A stretch of DNA of 64,000 bases, taken from positions 2,356,001 through 2,420,000 of the forward strand of contig NC_042997.1 in assembly GCF_006345805.1 (NCBI RefSeq), given 5' to 3'. Numbering within the stretch: the first letter of the stretch is position 1; every line of letters starts with the position of its first letter. This DNA comes from Octopus sinensis. Lineage: Eukaryota. The notes under the pieces were generated by a model that saw nothing but the letters and a program-made list of their open reading frames with translations, was not told the DNA's origin and did not search any database. The position numbers and the translations under genes were made by a program. Positions 1 through 12,217 of this stretch are shown piece after piece.

Positions 1-39
1 TATTATTGTTGATGTGGGCACTCCAGCTGAGTTTGTTAT

Positions 40-1250
40 CAACAATTACTCTTTCTTAGATGCTATGAGCGGTTCCACTGGAGGAAGAGAGTATGGTTGT
101 TTTAGCATAGGTTGTCTTCCAAAATGCATCAGCTCAAATTTTCCCTCGTTTAGTTGAATTTTATTTTCTTCTGTCCTTTGAATCACAGCATATATTTCCA
201 ATGGGAGTTCAGTTCGGTCTTTTTTATTGATACTTTTCTGGTGCTTGGAGTCATCAACGAACATTTTTATTTTGCTGTGTTTTATGACGCTGGATAGTTC
301 GTTTATATAAACTATAATGAAGAGCGGGCCCAAGATAATCCCCTGAGTGGTACCACTAGTGATTTTTACTGGGCTTTAGTGGACTCCACCAATCACAACA
401 TGCTGTGCTCTTTTCTCCAAGAAATACTCAATCCAGTATAGAGGTTTTCCAGGAATTCCGTCATTTGTAAATTTTGACAGTAGAATATTATGGTCAACTC
501 TGTCGAACGCTTTATTGAAGACAAGATATATGACAACAGAGTTAAAACCAGGTCCCAAGGCGTCAAGGATATCATCTATGTGGTGTAAGGCTGTAAGTAC
601 ATCATCGATGTACTGATTTGAATTTAGGAGTTTGTGGCTTTCCAGGAAGTCAGCTATCCTTGATCTCGCTAACTCCTCAAAAACTTTAATTATATGTGAG
701 GTGAGATTGGGCGAAAATTGACTGCCAGGGAAATGTTTCCTTGTTTGTAAATCGGTATGACAGACTGGGATAAGTGCTGTTTCGGTATATAACCTGTGTC
801 TGAAGAATTTCTCCAGACGTTTGTTAGAGAGAGACTGTAAGTTGGCGTCTACATCCCTTCAGGATACTAGCGGGGTAGCTATAAGGGCATACAGCAGAAT
901 AGTAGTTGATCTCATTTATTGCTACTATGATGTCTGAAGCAGTAAAGTTTATGTCCAAGATTATATATTGGGAAACGACCTAGTTCACGTCCCTTACGGC
1001 AATATTAGTAGGATCCCTAAAGACAGAGCAGTTTTGTTTCTGCCATTTCTTTAACATCATGTTGGAGAATGCTGTTACACTCAATTAGTTTACCATTGGG
1101 TGAGACAGCGAACCTATGCTTATTTGCATATGGATAGAACACTTTGGCGTACTGTTTAATTTTAATGATTACCTGTGCAGCTCTTTGATTTTGTATGGAG
1201 GCTTTCATGATGGATTTGTCCCAACTCCAGCCTTTCAATCGTTGTTCTCT
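40..1250 (-). mobile_element. Decayed CR1/L2-group LINE ORF2 (reverse transcriptase and upstream linker), frameshifted, runs off the window edge
   Basis: Minus-strand peptides FNKAFDRVDHNILLSK..GIPGKPLYWIEYFLEKRAQHV (RT domain 3), GVPQG-like ..GPLFIIVYINEL..KMFVDDSK (QG and FADD-equivalent motifs), and IKQYAKVFYPYANKH..NGKLIEC..DVKEMAE (typical CR1 post-endonuclease linker). Confidence 0.85.
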
Positions 1251-1726
1251 TTCGGGGGTGAAATGTGGTTGTATTTTGTTGTTGTTGTTACTGCCTTCCT
1301 CTGTTGCTGTTTATATTTATTTTTCGTTCGTTTTTCTGCCCTTCGGATGGTAGTGGTTGCATTCTGAGTTCAGGCACATCCTTAGTGATACAGACTTTTG
1401 GCACAGTTAAGGATGGAAGCAGGTGCATCCGTTGCCTTTTTTGCATCCATATTTACGATCAGGGCCATTGTTTCTGTATTTAGGACAGCTATTGGAGTTG
1501 AAAGTGTGGACAGGTTTTTCCCGTAATTCCGTATGGACAGATGCCCTTAACATGTCTACAGTATAATATAGGATGGAAAAAGAACAGTGTCTCTTGTTAG
1601 TGGTGCCGTTGGGGGCAAATATACGGTTACATTGGTAATGGTAACGACAGGATTTTTGACGTAGGCATGTTAAAGGTTTCTTCGTGTTGGCAGAATCATT
1701 TGTCAGTGGTCCAATTGCAGTAGCAG

Positions 1727-1806
1727 ACTGTTGTTGTTGTTATTTTTTATGCTGATGCTGTTGTTGTTATTGTCGTTGCCGCCGTCGTCGTTGTCGTTGT
1801 TGTTGA
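1727..1806. repeat. Imperfect (GTT)/(GTC)/(GCT) trinucleotide tract
   Basis: Direct reading. Confidence 0.85.
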
Positions 1807-2180
1807 TGCAACAGTAGGGTTGGGTGGGATTAGGCCCCATCGAGATACCAAACGAGATTATTCCAATGTAGTAGCAATAGCAGGCTGATGTTGTTGCGGT
1901 AGTGAGTCCTGGCTCGCTACGGTAGTGTTGGGTGGAAATTGGTCAGATAGCAAAATTAAGGGATGTGTTGCTTGCTGTTGTTGTCGGGTCTTTGAAGTGA
2001 CCCCTGACCTGTTGGCACTGGGTCAGTTGGTGCACTGAATCCATTGACATGAAGCGTTTCCAAGTGCATGTGTATGGTATGAAAATATATTGTGATTTCT
2101 TTTATCTTTGTTTCCAATCTGTTTTTCAGATCTGTAAAAGGACTGTAATTTTTCGGCGACTTAACTGTTGACATTAGGGG

Positions 2181-2487
2181 CGGAGGTAAAGAAAATGGAC
2201 GCACACCCTTTGGGATTTGTTTTTTTACAGGAATCTACTATATCGAGTGCGAAGATTCCGAAACTGCAAACAAATCTGCATTTCAACTTTAATTCCCCCA
2301 ATTTTTGTAAAATTTCTTTTGGCGAAATACGCAGAAAAATACGGAAATCATGTTTGTGAAAAAAATTGTAAAATTTCAATTTAAAATAATAATAATAATA
2401 ACAATAACAATGCAAAAAAAAATAATAAGAAGAATAAGAATAAGAATAAGAATAAGAATAATTACAATATTAATAATAATAATAATA

Positions 2488-2533
<46 letters not shown>

Positions 2534-3220
2534 CTCCGCTCTGCCCTATAACAAGAAGTGGAATTAAAGTGTTATTATCTTTACTAATATTTCATAGAAT
2601 TATAAAACAACAGATGCAAAAAGTACCTAAACAGCAAACCTGACATTCTAGAAATACGTTTTCAAAATTTTAATATGAATTACCAGAGAATAAATTTCAA
2701 AATTTAAATCCGTCCCAACCAGAAATCTGGCAAGATCGAAACCACATCCAAACCGAGGATCAACTTTCGATGTACGAATTACCGAAAGAGAAAAACTAAA
2801 TTAATGTCATTTTGTTGTGTGTGTGTGTGTGTATGCAAAAAACTAATTTTTACGTACTCTTAATTCCAAAAGACCCTGACAACAACATGTTGGGTTATCT
2901 TCGTCATGAAAACATTAGTAAAGAAAACACTATAATTTCACTTCTTGTCATTGGGGGGAGGGGAGGCGTGTTTAATTTAAGTACTTATTATTTTAAAAAA
3001 TTAAAATTTTACAGATTTTTTTTCTTAATCAAAATCTACGTATTTTGCCAAAACAACTTTTTAGAAACGTGAAAATTTAGGGGAAGAGGGAGGATTAAAA
3101 TTTTGAAATGCAGATTTTTTGCAGATTCTGAATCTCCGCATTCGATATAGTGGGTTCCTGTAAAAAAAAAAAGAAGAAAAAAAATCCCAAAGAGGTTGCG
3201 GTCCATTTTCTTTACCTCCG
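2181..3220. mobile_element. Non-autonomous long-TIR DNA element (MITE/foldback type, about 1.04 kb)
   Basis: 2181-2200 CGGAGGTAAAGAAAATGGAC is the exact reverse complement of 3201-3220. Imperfect inverted similarity continues about 200 bp inward (TACAGGAA..CTATATCGA.TGCG.AGATTC.GAA.CTGCAAA.AAATCTGCATTTCAA). No ORF; TSD not clear. Confidence 0.8.
2386..2532. repeat. (TAA)n / (AAGAAT)n compound microsatellite inside the MITE
   Basis: Direct reading. Confidence 0.95.
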
Positions 3221-3720
3221 TTATGGTGAGCGTAACAAGCGTTTATCAGTGCACTGATTTCGTTTCCACCCGGTGGCGTTTGAGAATATTATTGGCCATA
3301 TTCAGTGGATAGAAGAGTATTATACACGGTACGTTAGTTATTTCTGATTTGATGCATGATCGTGAATGTACCGTAGGAACGTTTATGTTGATATATTCGG
3401 GGGTTGGGGGTGAGATCAGTGCATTTAGTACAAATCAGAAAGAGCAGTGTGTTTTATACTAATCAAGTAAAATTAATTGTACTCACGAGGCTAGTTTTAG
3501 AACTATCATTGACTTTAGTTTTTTTCAGGCATTGTTGGTTTATATTTGTGTCTTCCGATGGTATATAAACTTGTGCAAATTTATCCTCCGATGAAAGTAA
3601 AATAGTAGAATTCGAGGGTTCTGGGACTAAAAACAAGTTACTGCTGGTTTGAGGTGAAATATGTTTCCTTGGCCACTGACTGGCTAAATATGCATATCTT
3701 TCATGCTTCACAATATACGT
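3221..3720 (-). pseudogene. Possible ORF1 / 5' part of the CR1-type LINE, continuing at about 1900-2180 across the MITE
   Basis: Stop-interrupted minus frame ..TINFT*LV*NTLLFLICTKCTDLT.. with a possible degenerate Cys cluster. Same strand as, and upstream of, ORF2. Assignment is inference. Confidence 0.3.
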
Positions 3721-3903
3721 GTATCCAAATCACACACCCCTACACACACAGATACACAACAAATATTTTCTATAGTCCTTATTTAGGTCTATTACCGAAA
3801 ACATTTCAAGTTATGACGAAATCATTTAGAAATAGAAATAGGTATACTAGACATTTGCTGATTTTTTCTGAAGCTACCCAAGCTGGAATTTTCATACGGA
3901 TTT

Positions 3904-3995
3904 GAAACGTTAGATGAAGGGGTAGTACACAAAATGTGTACTATGAAACGTTGATGAAGGGGTAGTACACAAAATGTGTATACAGCCGAAACGTA
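3904..3995 (+). repeat. Two and a bit copies of a 41-43 bp unit resembling a degenerate hammerhead (TGATGA-hairpin-GAAACGT)
   Basis: GAAACGTT at 3904 and 3945, GAAACGTA at 3988; internal hairpin GTAGTACAC-AAAAT-GTGTACTAT. Confidence 0.6.
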
Positions 3996-4438
3996 TTAAC
4001 CAACAATAGGAGTAGCTGCGATAACGGCAAGATTAATTACAATGAAATTTTCCTTTACATTGACGTGCATGGCTTCACAATATCTACGTTTTTAGCTGTA
4101 GTGCACCTGAGCAACACTTTCCTTCATATATAAGTACTGCCACATCACACATTCCTCCAATCTGCTTTCATTCGCAAATGGAGTGTCTGTATTCTTTTCT
4201 CTCCACCTTCTTCTCTTCCACTACCTCGTTTTCTTCTTCCTTATTATCATCATCATCATCGTCATCAATCTCTGCTTCTTCGTCCTACTCCTCGGTGAAC
4301 TTTCGGAATAGCCCGTGTGTTCACTACCTCGAACGATATAATTGCCTACTCTCAAAATAAACGTTGTTTACTGACTTTCTTACAGAGAGTAGTCTTTAGT
4401 ACACACTAATTATTCTTTCTCTCACACAAATACACACA

Positions 4439-4442
<4 letters not shown>

Positions 4443-4496
<54 letters not shown>
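4443..4496. repeat. (TA)n microsatellite
   Basis: Direct reading. Confidence 0.98.
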
Positions 4497-4497
<1 letters not shown>

Positions 4498-5667
4498 TAC
4501 ATACTGATTATATATAAATAAATGTAATGCATGTATATTGACAGAAGCAGCAATGCAAAAGAATCATATACGTACGGTTTAATAGGAAATATATAAATTG
4601 AATAAAATCGTAAAACAACCACACACTTGTTTTTTTAATGCTTGAGTTCCAACCTGACATTTGAATGCTGCACATGTGAAAAAAACATCTATCGTTGCTA
4701 ACACTTAAAATGTTCCAACTGAAAATAATAAAAACGAGAAAAGTAAATAGAATATGAATGCTCCTGAACTCAAACCTTACACGAATTGTTGATAATTTAT
4801 TCATGACTTCTCTGCAAAATGTAGTCTGAAAATAAATTGTTTTGCATTATTCAGTGTTAAGATTGAAAGACCAATAGGCTAACTGCATGTTTGCAATGCT
4901 TTTAATGCGTTGGCTTCTACGTTATTTCTTTCAACTTGTGGTCTTAAATGTGGACAGTCGAGATGGAAGAATGTGTACCCAAAGCATCTAATACAACTAT
5001 ACAGCTTACAAAATCTGTTCAATATATAAGATGAAATTACGCAGTATATAATTTACCAATTATTGAAATATGACGGTCACAGCTAAAATAACTGTCTTGC
5101 AATTCGTTCTTGGAAATCACATAAGGATTATTTTCCTATGAGTTTGAAAGCCTTCAGAGAACCATCAACGTAACAATTTCGCATAGAGTGTCATGTAACA
5201 AATTTATAAAAAAAAATATCATTACGCAAAATAACCACAAGACAATATCTAATGTTATGTTATGCTTACAATTACAATATGGAAAACCTTTTTGGAATAG
5301 GGTTATTCTTTCAATGAAAGCTTTAACTTTCATATCGAACATACGTTTCACAAGTGACATTCGTAAAATACGAGAGAATGACACTCCGATATAAATAGAG
5401 ACTTCAAAATACAAGTAGCACAAGAACACAAGTTACATACATAGACATACACACAAGTATACTCACACACCCATATATATACATACATACATATATATTA
5501 TATATATATATATATATTATGTGAAATAGAAAGATGAATAATCTTGTAGTGGATTAATCAAAAGTTTAACCGATACCTTAGTAGCAAAAATCACAGCAGT
5601 GAACAGCACGGTTGGAGGTACAACCATCTGGCGTTGCAACCGTGCGTTGGTGCGGATAATTAAATTA

Positions 5668-6310
5668 AACATTATTGGTGAATTGAAGAAATGGAGCTGA
5701 ACGCAGATTGAACAGAAATCGTTTTATTTCATTCTACACGTGTTTCGAAAGGCACAAATACCAAAATCCGATTGAATAATGGGACATATTGTGTCTTTCT
5801 CTTCAGGAAGAAAAAAGGAAATCCGTTGGAAAAACAAACAAACAGAGGCAGAGCAAAAAACAAATCGAACTGTGCTCCTAAGAGCCCATGGCGAAACTGT
5901 TTATCAGTGTATGTGAGAACCGGTGGCTGAAGAATTCAACAGGTCAGGCATCGGTCAAAACATGTGGGTGGGGGTGTATAGATGTTCTTTGTGACCGAGA
6001 ATAAAGTTCTGACATTTAAAGAATATTGGATGTTTATAGGGGCGAGAAAAATCTACTTAGAGACGTGTGTGTGTGTATACTGTTCTATATATGTGTTGTT
6101 GGCGTAGGGGTAGAAAACTTTTTTGTGTACGGTGTGCGTTTGATCGTTCGGCTGTCAGTGCTACTGCCGTGATAACCGTTGGGTGGCAGAAAGAAAAAAA
6201 ATAAAGAAATTATATATATATTTTATGTTTCGAAACACGTGTAGAATGAAATAAAACGATTTCTGTTCAATCTGCGTTCAGCTCCATTTCTTCAATTCAC
6301 CAATAATGTT
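5668..6310. mobile_element. Non-coding element bounded by a perfect 83-bp inverted repeat that carries the 3' half of a hammerhead ribozyme (probable PLE derivative)
   Basis: 5668-5750 is the reverse complement of 6228-6310 (TTTCGAAACACGTGTAGAATGAAATAAAACG...CACCAATAATGTT). Confidence 0.75.
5729..5810 (-). ncRNA. Minimal type I hammerhead ribozyme, intact core
   Basis: Minus strand: TTC-CTGAAGA-GAAAG.CACAA..(loop)..TTGTG.CTTTC-GAAAC-ACGT-GTA^GAA. Canonical CUGANGA/GAAA core, long helix II, palindromic helix III (ACACGTGT), GUA site (cut between 5735 and 5734), helix I TTC/GAA. Confidence 0.8.
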
Positions 6311-6822
6311 ATATATATATATATATATATATATGAGTGTTAGGTAACGCTAAGTAAATGCTATGGACAGACCTTAGTTAAACTTTTGCTCAGATAGTGA
6401 CAGGAGTGAGGAGTCGAATGTGGATCCTGTACTATATACATATGTGCATATGTATATACATATATGTATGTGTGTGTGTGTTATGTATGCGTATATGTAT
6501 GTAAGTTCGTGTATATATTTAATACGCGACTGTATTAACGTGTGTGCATGTATTAAACTTTTACAGACGTCTGTACTTCACTTTACGTACGAATATATGC
6601 ACGTATTTTTCTATACTATGTGCGTATGTTTATATATACATAGGCGTGTGTACTTTTATATATGAGTTTTTATACATATACATATGCATGTATTCGTCCG
6701 TACGTGTGTGTATCAGCGTGTATCTAGTTGTATGTATATACCCATGTACTTGGATGTTCGTGTGCGAGCGCGTATGTATAAGTGCATATATATATATGTA
6801 TGTATAGTATTATCTATGTATG

Positions 6823-6867
<45 letters not shown>

Positions 6868-7223
6868 ATATATATATATTATATATATATATTTATATGT
6901 GTGTATGTATGCATTTATGTATGTACGTATCTGTGTATGTATATGCACGTCTAAGCCCGAATACACCAAAAAGTTTCCGTTTTAGTATTATCGTTTTTTC
7001 AACTTCTACTTCCTTTTCTTTCTCTTAACAGTTGCAACAACTATGGGTTATTACGTCATATTCTCTAAAGTAGAATATATAAGTTTCACGTTCATATTTG
7101 AATTCTTGCGTTTCAATTTTTATCTGTTTTTCACACATTTCTAGAGTTGATGGACATATAGTGGTACGTAAAACCGAATCAGAAAATCTCTAGTGAGATT
7201 TAAAATTTTTTTTTATTCATTAT

Positions 7224-7266
7224 GTACCCAAAGAGACCCAGAAGGTGTCGAAACATATGTCATACT
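7224..7266 (+). ncRNA. Degenerate hammerhead (core mutated to CCAAAGA)
   Basis: GTAC-CCAAAGA-GACCC-AGAA-GGTGTC-GAAAC-ATAT-GTC^ATAC; palindromic helix III ACATATGT. Confidence 0.55.
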
Positions 7267-7417
7267 AAACAAACTTTTACGCCATCTATTTTATTAATAC
7301 TGTTACCCCAACCTCCACTACGAAGTTCCCGCAATAAATCTACGGATAACAACAGGTAAACGAATATGTGCCGGTGCTTTACTCATCATCTACTTATACA
7401 TTTTGTATAATTTTTCC

Positions 7418-7467
<50 letters not shown>

Positions 7468-7720
7468 TATATATATATATATATAACGGGAAGCTTTATG
7501 TAAATAAACAAAAGACGAAGGCAGGTTCAGTACAAACAAACAATTGTATTAGTATGGCGCTCAGGAATATAAATAAAACAAGTCTATTACGTTTATATAT
7601 ATATATACATAAGTTCAGCAAAATTTAGATTCAGATGAATATGGTACTTAAGTTAAAGGCACCAAATTTTGTATGACATTATCCATATAAATCAAATGGG
7701 GTGATTATAATCAAAATAGG

Positions 7721-7909
7721 CAATGCATATTTTTATACTTATTTCATTCGCCAACATTACAAAGAGGGTAGATATATAGACAGAGAGGTTGATTTCACCA
7801 TTAAGAGCATGGTGGTAGTATGTTCTTAATGATAAAATTAACCTCTCTATCTATATATCTAACCTCGTTGTAATGTTTGCTATTGAAATAAGTATAAAAA
7901 TATGCATTG
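7721..7909. repeat. Long imperfect palindrome: two 90-bp arms with a 9-nt spacer
   Basis: 7721-7810 vs reverse complement of 7820-7909, about 10 mismatches and no gaps; spacer GGTGGTAGT. Confidence 0.92.
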
Positions 7910-7932
7910 TCCGTTTAATCAAAAATTCTATA

Positions 7933-8020
7933 TGTGGCTGAAGATTGCTCGACATTTAAAAACTGATGTAATACTTACAGTGTTTAATAAAATGAAGTAG
8001 CATGAAACGATTGTACTACA
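7933..8020 (+). ncRNA. Type I hammerhead ribozyme, intact core
   Basis: TGTGG-CTGAAGA-T-TGC..(about 50 nt)..GCA-T-GAAAC-GATT-GTA^CTACA. Helix I TGTGG/CTACA (5 bp with one G.U); GUA site. A related copy lies at 41207-41291. Confidence 0.75.
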
Positions 8021-8036
8021 CTACCTTCGATATCCT

Positions 8037-8038
<2 letters not shown>

Positions 8039-8134
<96 letters not shown>

Positions 8135-8155
8135 ATGTATACACACACACACACA
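8039..8155. repeat. (TA)n-(TG)n-(CA)n compound microsatellite
   Basis: Direct reading. Confidence 0.98.
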
Positions 8156-8353
8156 ACACACACAGACACAAGCAACTAGCAACTTAACAACATCATTAAG
8201 GAGCTATTTCAAATATATCATATTGGTCCTCACACAAACCCCATAATTGTGATGCGCTTCAATATATCCAACAACACCTTATGTTTAAATAGCAACGCAA
8301 TAGCAACGTTCTAAATTTCATTCATATCTTAAATACACTCAACAACACACATC

Positions 8354-9343
8354 AGTAACTAAAGTTGTGTTTCTGTCACTTTCTTCTATTTAATGAATAA
8401 AAATTAATTTTTATTAGAGGAATATTGAATTGATATTTCATTTATATCTTAAATACCGACAACAACACCCACATATATCAGTAATTAACTGCAATAAATC
8501 TTCAGTTGGCATTAAATCTGGAGATCGTTATTTCAGTTCTTGTGCCAGTAAAACTTAGTAAAGATGCATTACTGATATAACACTGGTTTTTAAATAATAC
8601 AATACACTCAACATGCTACTAAACACCACAATGAATTACACAGCAATAACATCTAATCAGTTGTCGCAACGTTCCCAAATGCTCACTTTTGTGCTCATTA
8701 TCTGTCGAGTATCAACTACAGCCACAGCCTGTCTTAGATTTTCGATTATGGCCCACTGAAATATCTACAGGTATGGAAAGATACGTTAGGCACATGTGTA
8801 TGTAACATATCTATAATTTCTTGCTGTACATTATGAAATTTATGGCGGGATAGTATTCTAGAGACATGGTATACATCAGTAGATACATCTCTGGGCCAGA
8901 CTTTATCGTTTGGTTGACTGCTAGCAACACTGAATACTGCCTGATCAAGTCAGAATTGGATCTACATAAAAACATCTACGTGAGATATATATTCTCATCA
9001 CACACATGCACACATTATTTAAGCTTAATTTATAAATTATAATTAACTTTGCTTTATCAACCATTACCTCTGCACACATGCGCACACACACGCACACACA
9101 AACAGCAAAGCAAACACACACATATGTGCATCTGTATAAGATTGTGTGTGTGTACGTATTGAAATTTGTGTACACGTAAGAAAATGTGACTATACCGTTA
9201 TGTACGCTTGTTCGTTTAGAAGCAGATGTCAAGCTAATACATATGAACTTTTAGTAACTATGAGAAATTGTGTTTCTGTTACTTTCTTCAATGTAATGAA
9301 TTAAAATTAATTTTAATTAGACGAATATTGGATTGATATTTCA
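8354..9343 (+). repeat. Diverged direct repeat of about 90 bp (8354-8440 and 9253-9343)
   Basis: AGTAACTA..TTGTGTTTCTGT.ACTTTCTTC.AT.TAATGAAT.AAAATTAATTTT.ATTAGA.GAATATTG.ATTGATATTTCA in both copies. Confidence 0.8.
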
Positions 9344-10145
9344 AATGATCTTTGCCGTCCATTTCTTTATGATTTTTTTTTTCCCAAAGAAATCATTATT
9401 ACTCAAGGCAGAGGAAATGATTATTTGTGAATATTTTAATATCTATACAGGCATCTGAAATACCAATGATATTTAAGTACGTATTTTGATAATTTGAACA
9501 ATGAATTTTATGTAATGTCCTTTAGTTGTAGTTAATATTTAAATGTCCTTATTTCATTGGTGATATAGCAGCGAGTAATCTATATATTTATTTAGGTATT
9601 TACAGGAAATGTCAAAGGTTTTAATTCGTCTACAATCAAATTCCATATAACCCAATCGATTCTAAATGGTGTAATCATAAAATTAGCGTTGGATTATACT
9701 AATATAAAGGATACCGATTTTAATGACTGCCGCCAAATGTGAATCACGAAAGTATCACTTTAATATTGATTCCTTCTGATTAAAAAGGCCCAATTTACGA
9801 GCCATTAATATACTTTTTAATGGTCATGTAAAAAATACAACTACCTAAACTAAAAATAGAAATAAAGATGAAATACAGACGAAGAAATTTTATATACATA
9901 CATAAATATATGAGTAATAGTTGTGTCCAATGCATATATACACACAAATATACATATATCAAGAGATTCATAGACATTAATATTTAAAAGTTACCGAGAG
10001 ATTCCTGTGTTGGTAATTATCAAACTAGATAAGTGATAACGCACAAAACTCTGCGACCATAAATCACTCTATTGCTTCTCATAAATCTTTAAAAAAAATA
10101 TATATACTCATATTTTGAGTCTCTTATTTCTGATTCACCGGCTTT

Positions 10146-10201
<56 letters not shown>

Positions 10202-10265
10202 ATATGTGTGTGCGTATATATATATACATTTAACTATACATATATATATATATTTGTGTGTAAAG

Positions 10266-10304
<39 letters not shown>

Positions 10305-10306
<2 letters not shown>

Positions 10307-10829
10307 CATATGTGAGTACAGGATGTCACAAAATGTGTACTACAAATCGTACGAAGTATGAGTACATGGAATATGAAATATTTTTTTCGAACAACGAAAG
10401 GCAGAAATAGAAAGCAAGGCAAACAATATAAAGAGCGAACCTTCATCTGTTGGTGTCTGTTTCTCTGTTCTCGTATTTCGAGCATTTAACACCAATGTAC
10501 GCTTTCGATAAAACAGTTGCTCCTGCGAAGCAAAATAAATAAAATTTTGGATTTTGCGGAGTGTCAAAATTGGTTAAAAAGCAGGACAGTGAAAACAAAC
10601 AGGAAGAGCTGCTAAGCCTAAACGAGGTTGTGGTGGCTAACGCGTAAATTAAACTTGGACAGGAAAGAGACAAGAACATAACAGCTACAAAGGAAAGAAA
10701 AAAAGGAAAAAGAAAGAGTAAAAAGATCCTATAGAGTGCGCATCAGAATTATTAAGATGAAACTTAATGGGAAGAGGATGCGTGGCGTTCAAACATATCA
10801 TAATATAAATAATATAAATACTATATATA

Positions 10830-10880
<51 letters not shown>

Positions 10881-11075
10881 TACATATGCAGTTATCTAAA
10901 CAAGAAAGCACATAAAATCACAACGACGCGAGGACGTGGAAGAAATAAAGGAAAGAAGGAGGGTTTAACGTTTCTAGTGGAGCTCTTCGTCGGAAACATA
11001 GGAGAAGGAAAGATCCGGAGAAGGGAAGACAGAGGAAAAAAATCGCCAACGGTACACTCGAGGTCACATTTTGAA

Positions 11076-11108
<33 letters not shown>

Positions 11109-11536
11109 ATAATATATATATACATGCGTATATGTACATACAACTACATGTATGTACATATGTATATAATTATATGCTAATATGCATAGGTATATGTACA
11201 TACTTACATCTATATGTATATATATATACACATATATGTGAATACAAGACGTCATGAAACGTGTACGACAGCAAAATATGAAATATATGTACTATGAAAT
11301 ATATGAACTATTTTTTCAAACAACGAAAGAACGAAGGGAAAACAAAACAAAGATGATAGAGAACGACTCTTCATCAGGACAGTGAAAACAAACAGCAAGG
11401 GGTACTTAGCTTCAGCGAAGTTGTTTGTCTTTTTCCAATTGTGTTTTTCGTTGTTCGGAAGAATAGCTCATACTCCATGCACTCGTACTTCGTATCTTTT
11501 GCTGTACACGTTCCATGACGTGCTGCGCCCAGATAT

Positions 11537-11627
<91 letters not shown>

Positions 11628-12185
11628 GTATGTATATATGTATGTATGTATATATGAATATATATATATATTTATATATATGTATGTATGTATATATGTA
11701 TGTATGTATATATGAATATATATATATATATCATTCTTATTATTATATGAATGAACGCCACACCACCTCTTCCAAGTAATTTTTATCTTAGTAGTTCTGA
11801 TGCGCACCCTATACGATTAGTTTACTCTTTCGTTTTTCTCTTTTTCTCTCTCATATTCTTTCACTCTCTCATAACACTAATAGTTTTATTGAAGATGATC
11901 AAGATAGAAAAAAAGTAGTGATATTTGCAGATGACAGGTTTATTTTATGTTCAGTATATCCCACGCAGTTTATTCAGTATATAACGTCTTACAATATCGA
12001 GTTATCAGTAACACTTGTAGAAATACAATTTTCCCTCTGCAAAACATATATCATTGTTAGACCTGTATGACAGTTATAAAGAAGATTAGTGGTTGTTGTT
12101 GTCATTAGGAATTGTATGTAGTTAAAAAGTAACTTTAAATTCACTTATAGTATTTTGCGAGAACTAAAATGATCGCCACACGCAA

Positions 12186-12217
<32 letters not shown>

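Noticed and set aside
3904-3995. CRISPR-like repeat/spacer pattern here and at 57587 and 63888
   Set aside because: No unique spacers, no cas genes, eukaryotic context.
8660-8771. Plus-strand donor CAG|GTATGG with an open frame; similar donors at about 26424 and 29681
   Set aside because: No convincing acceptor or compatible phase; the 26.4 kb one lies in a repeat that ends in a degenerate HHR.
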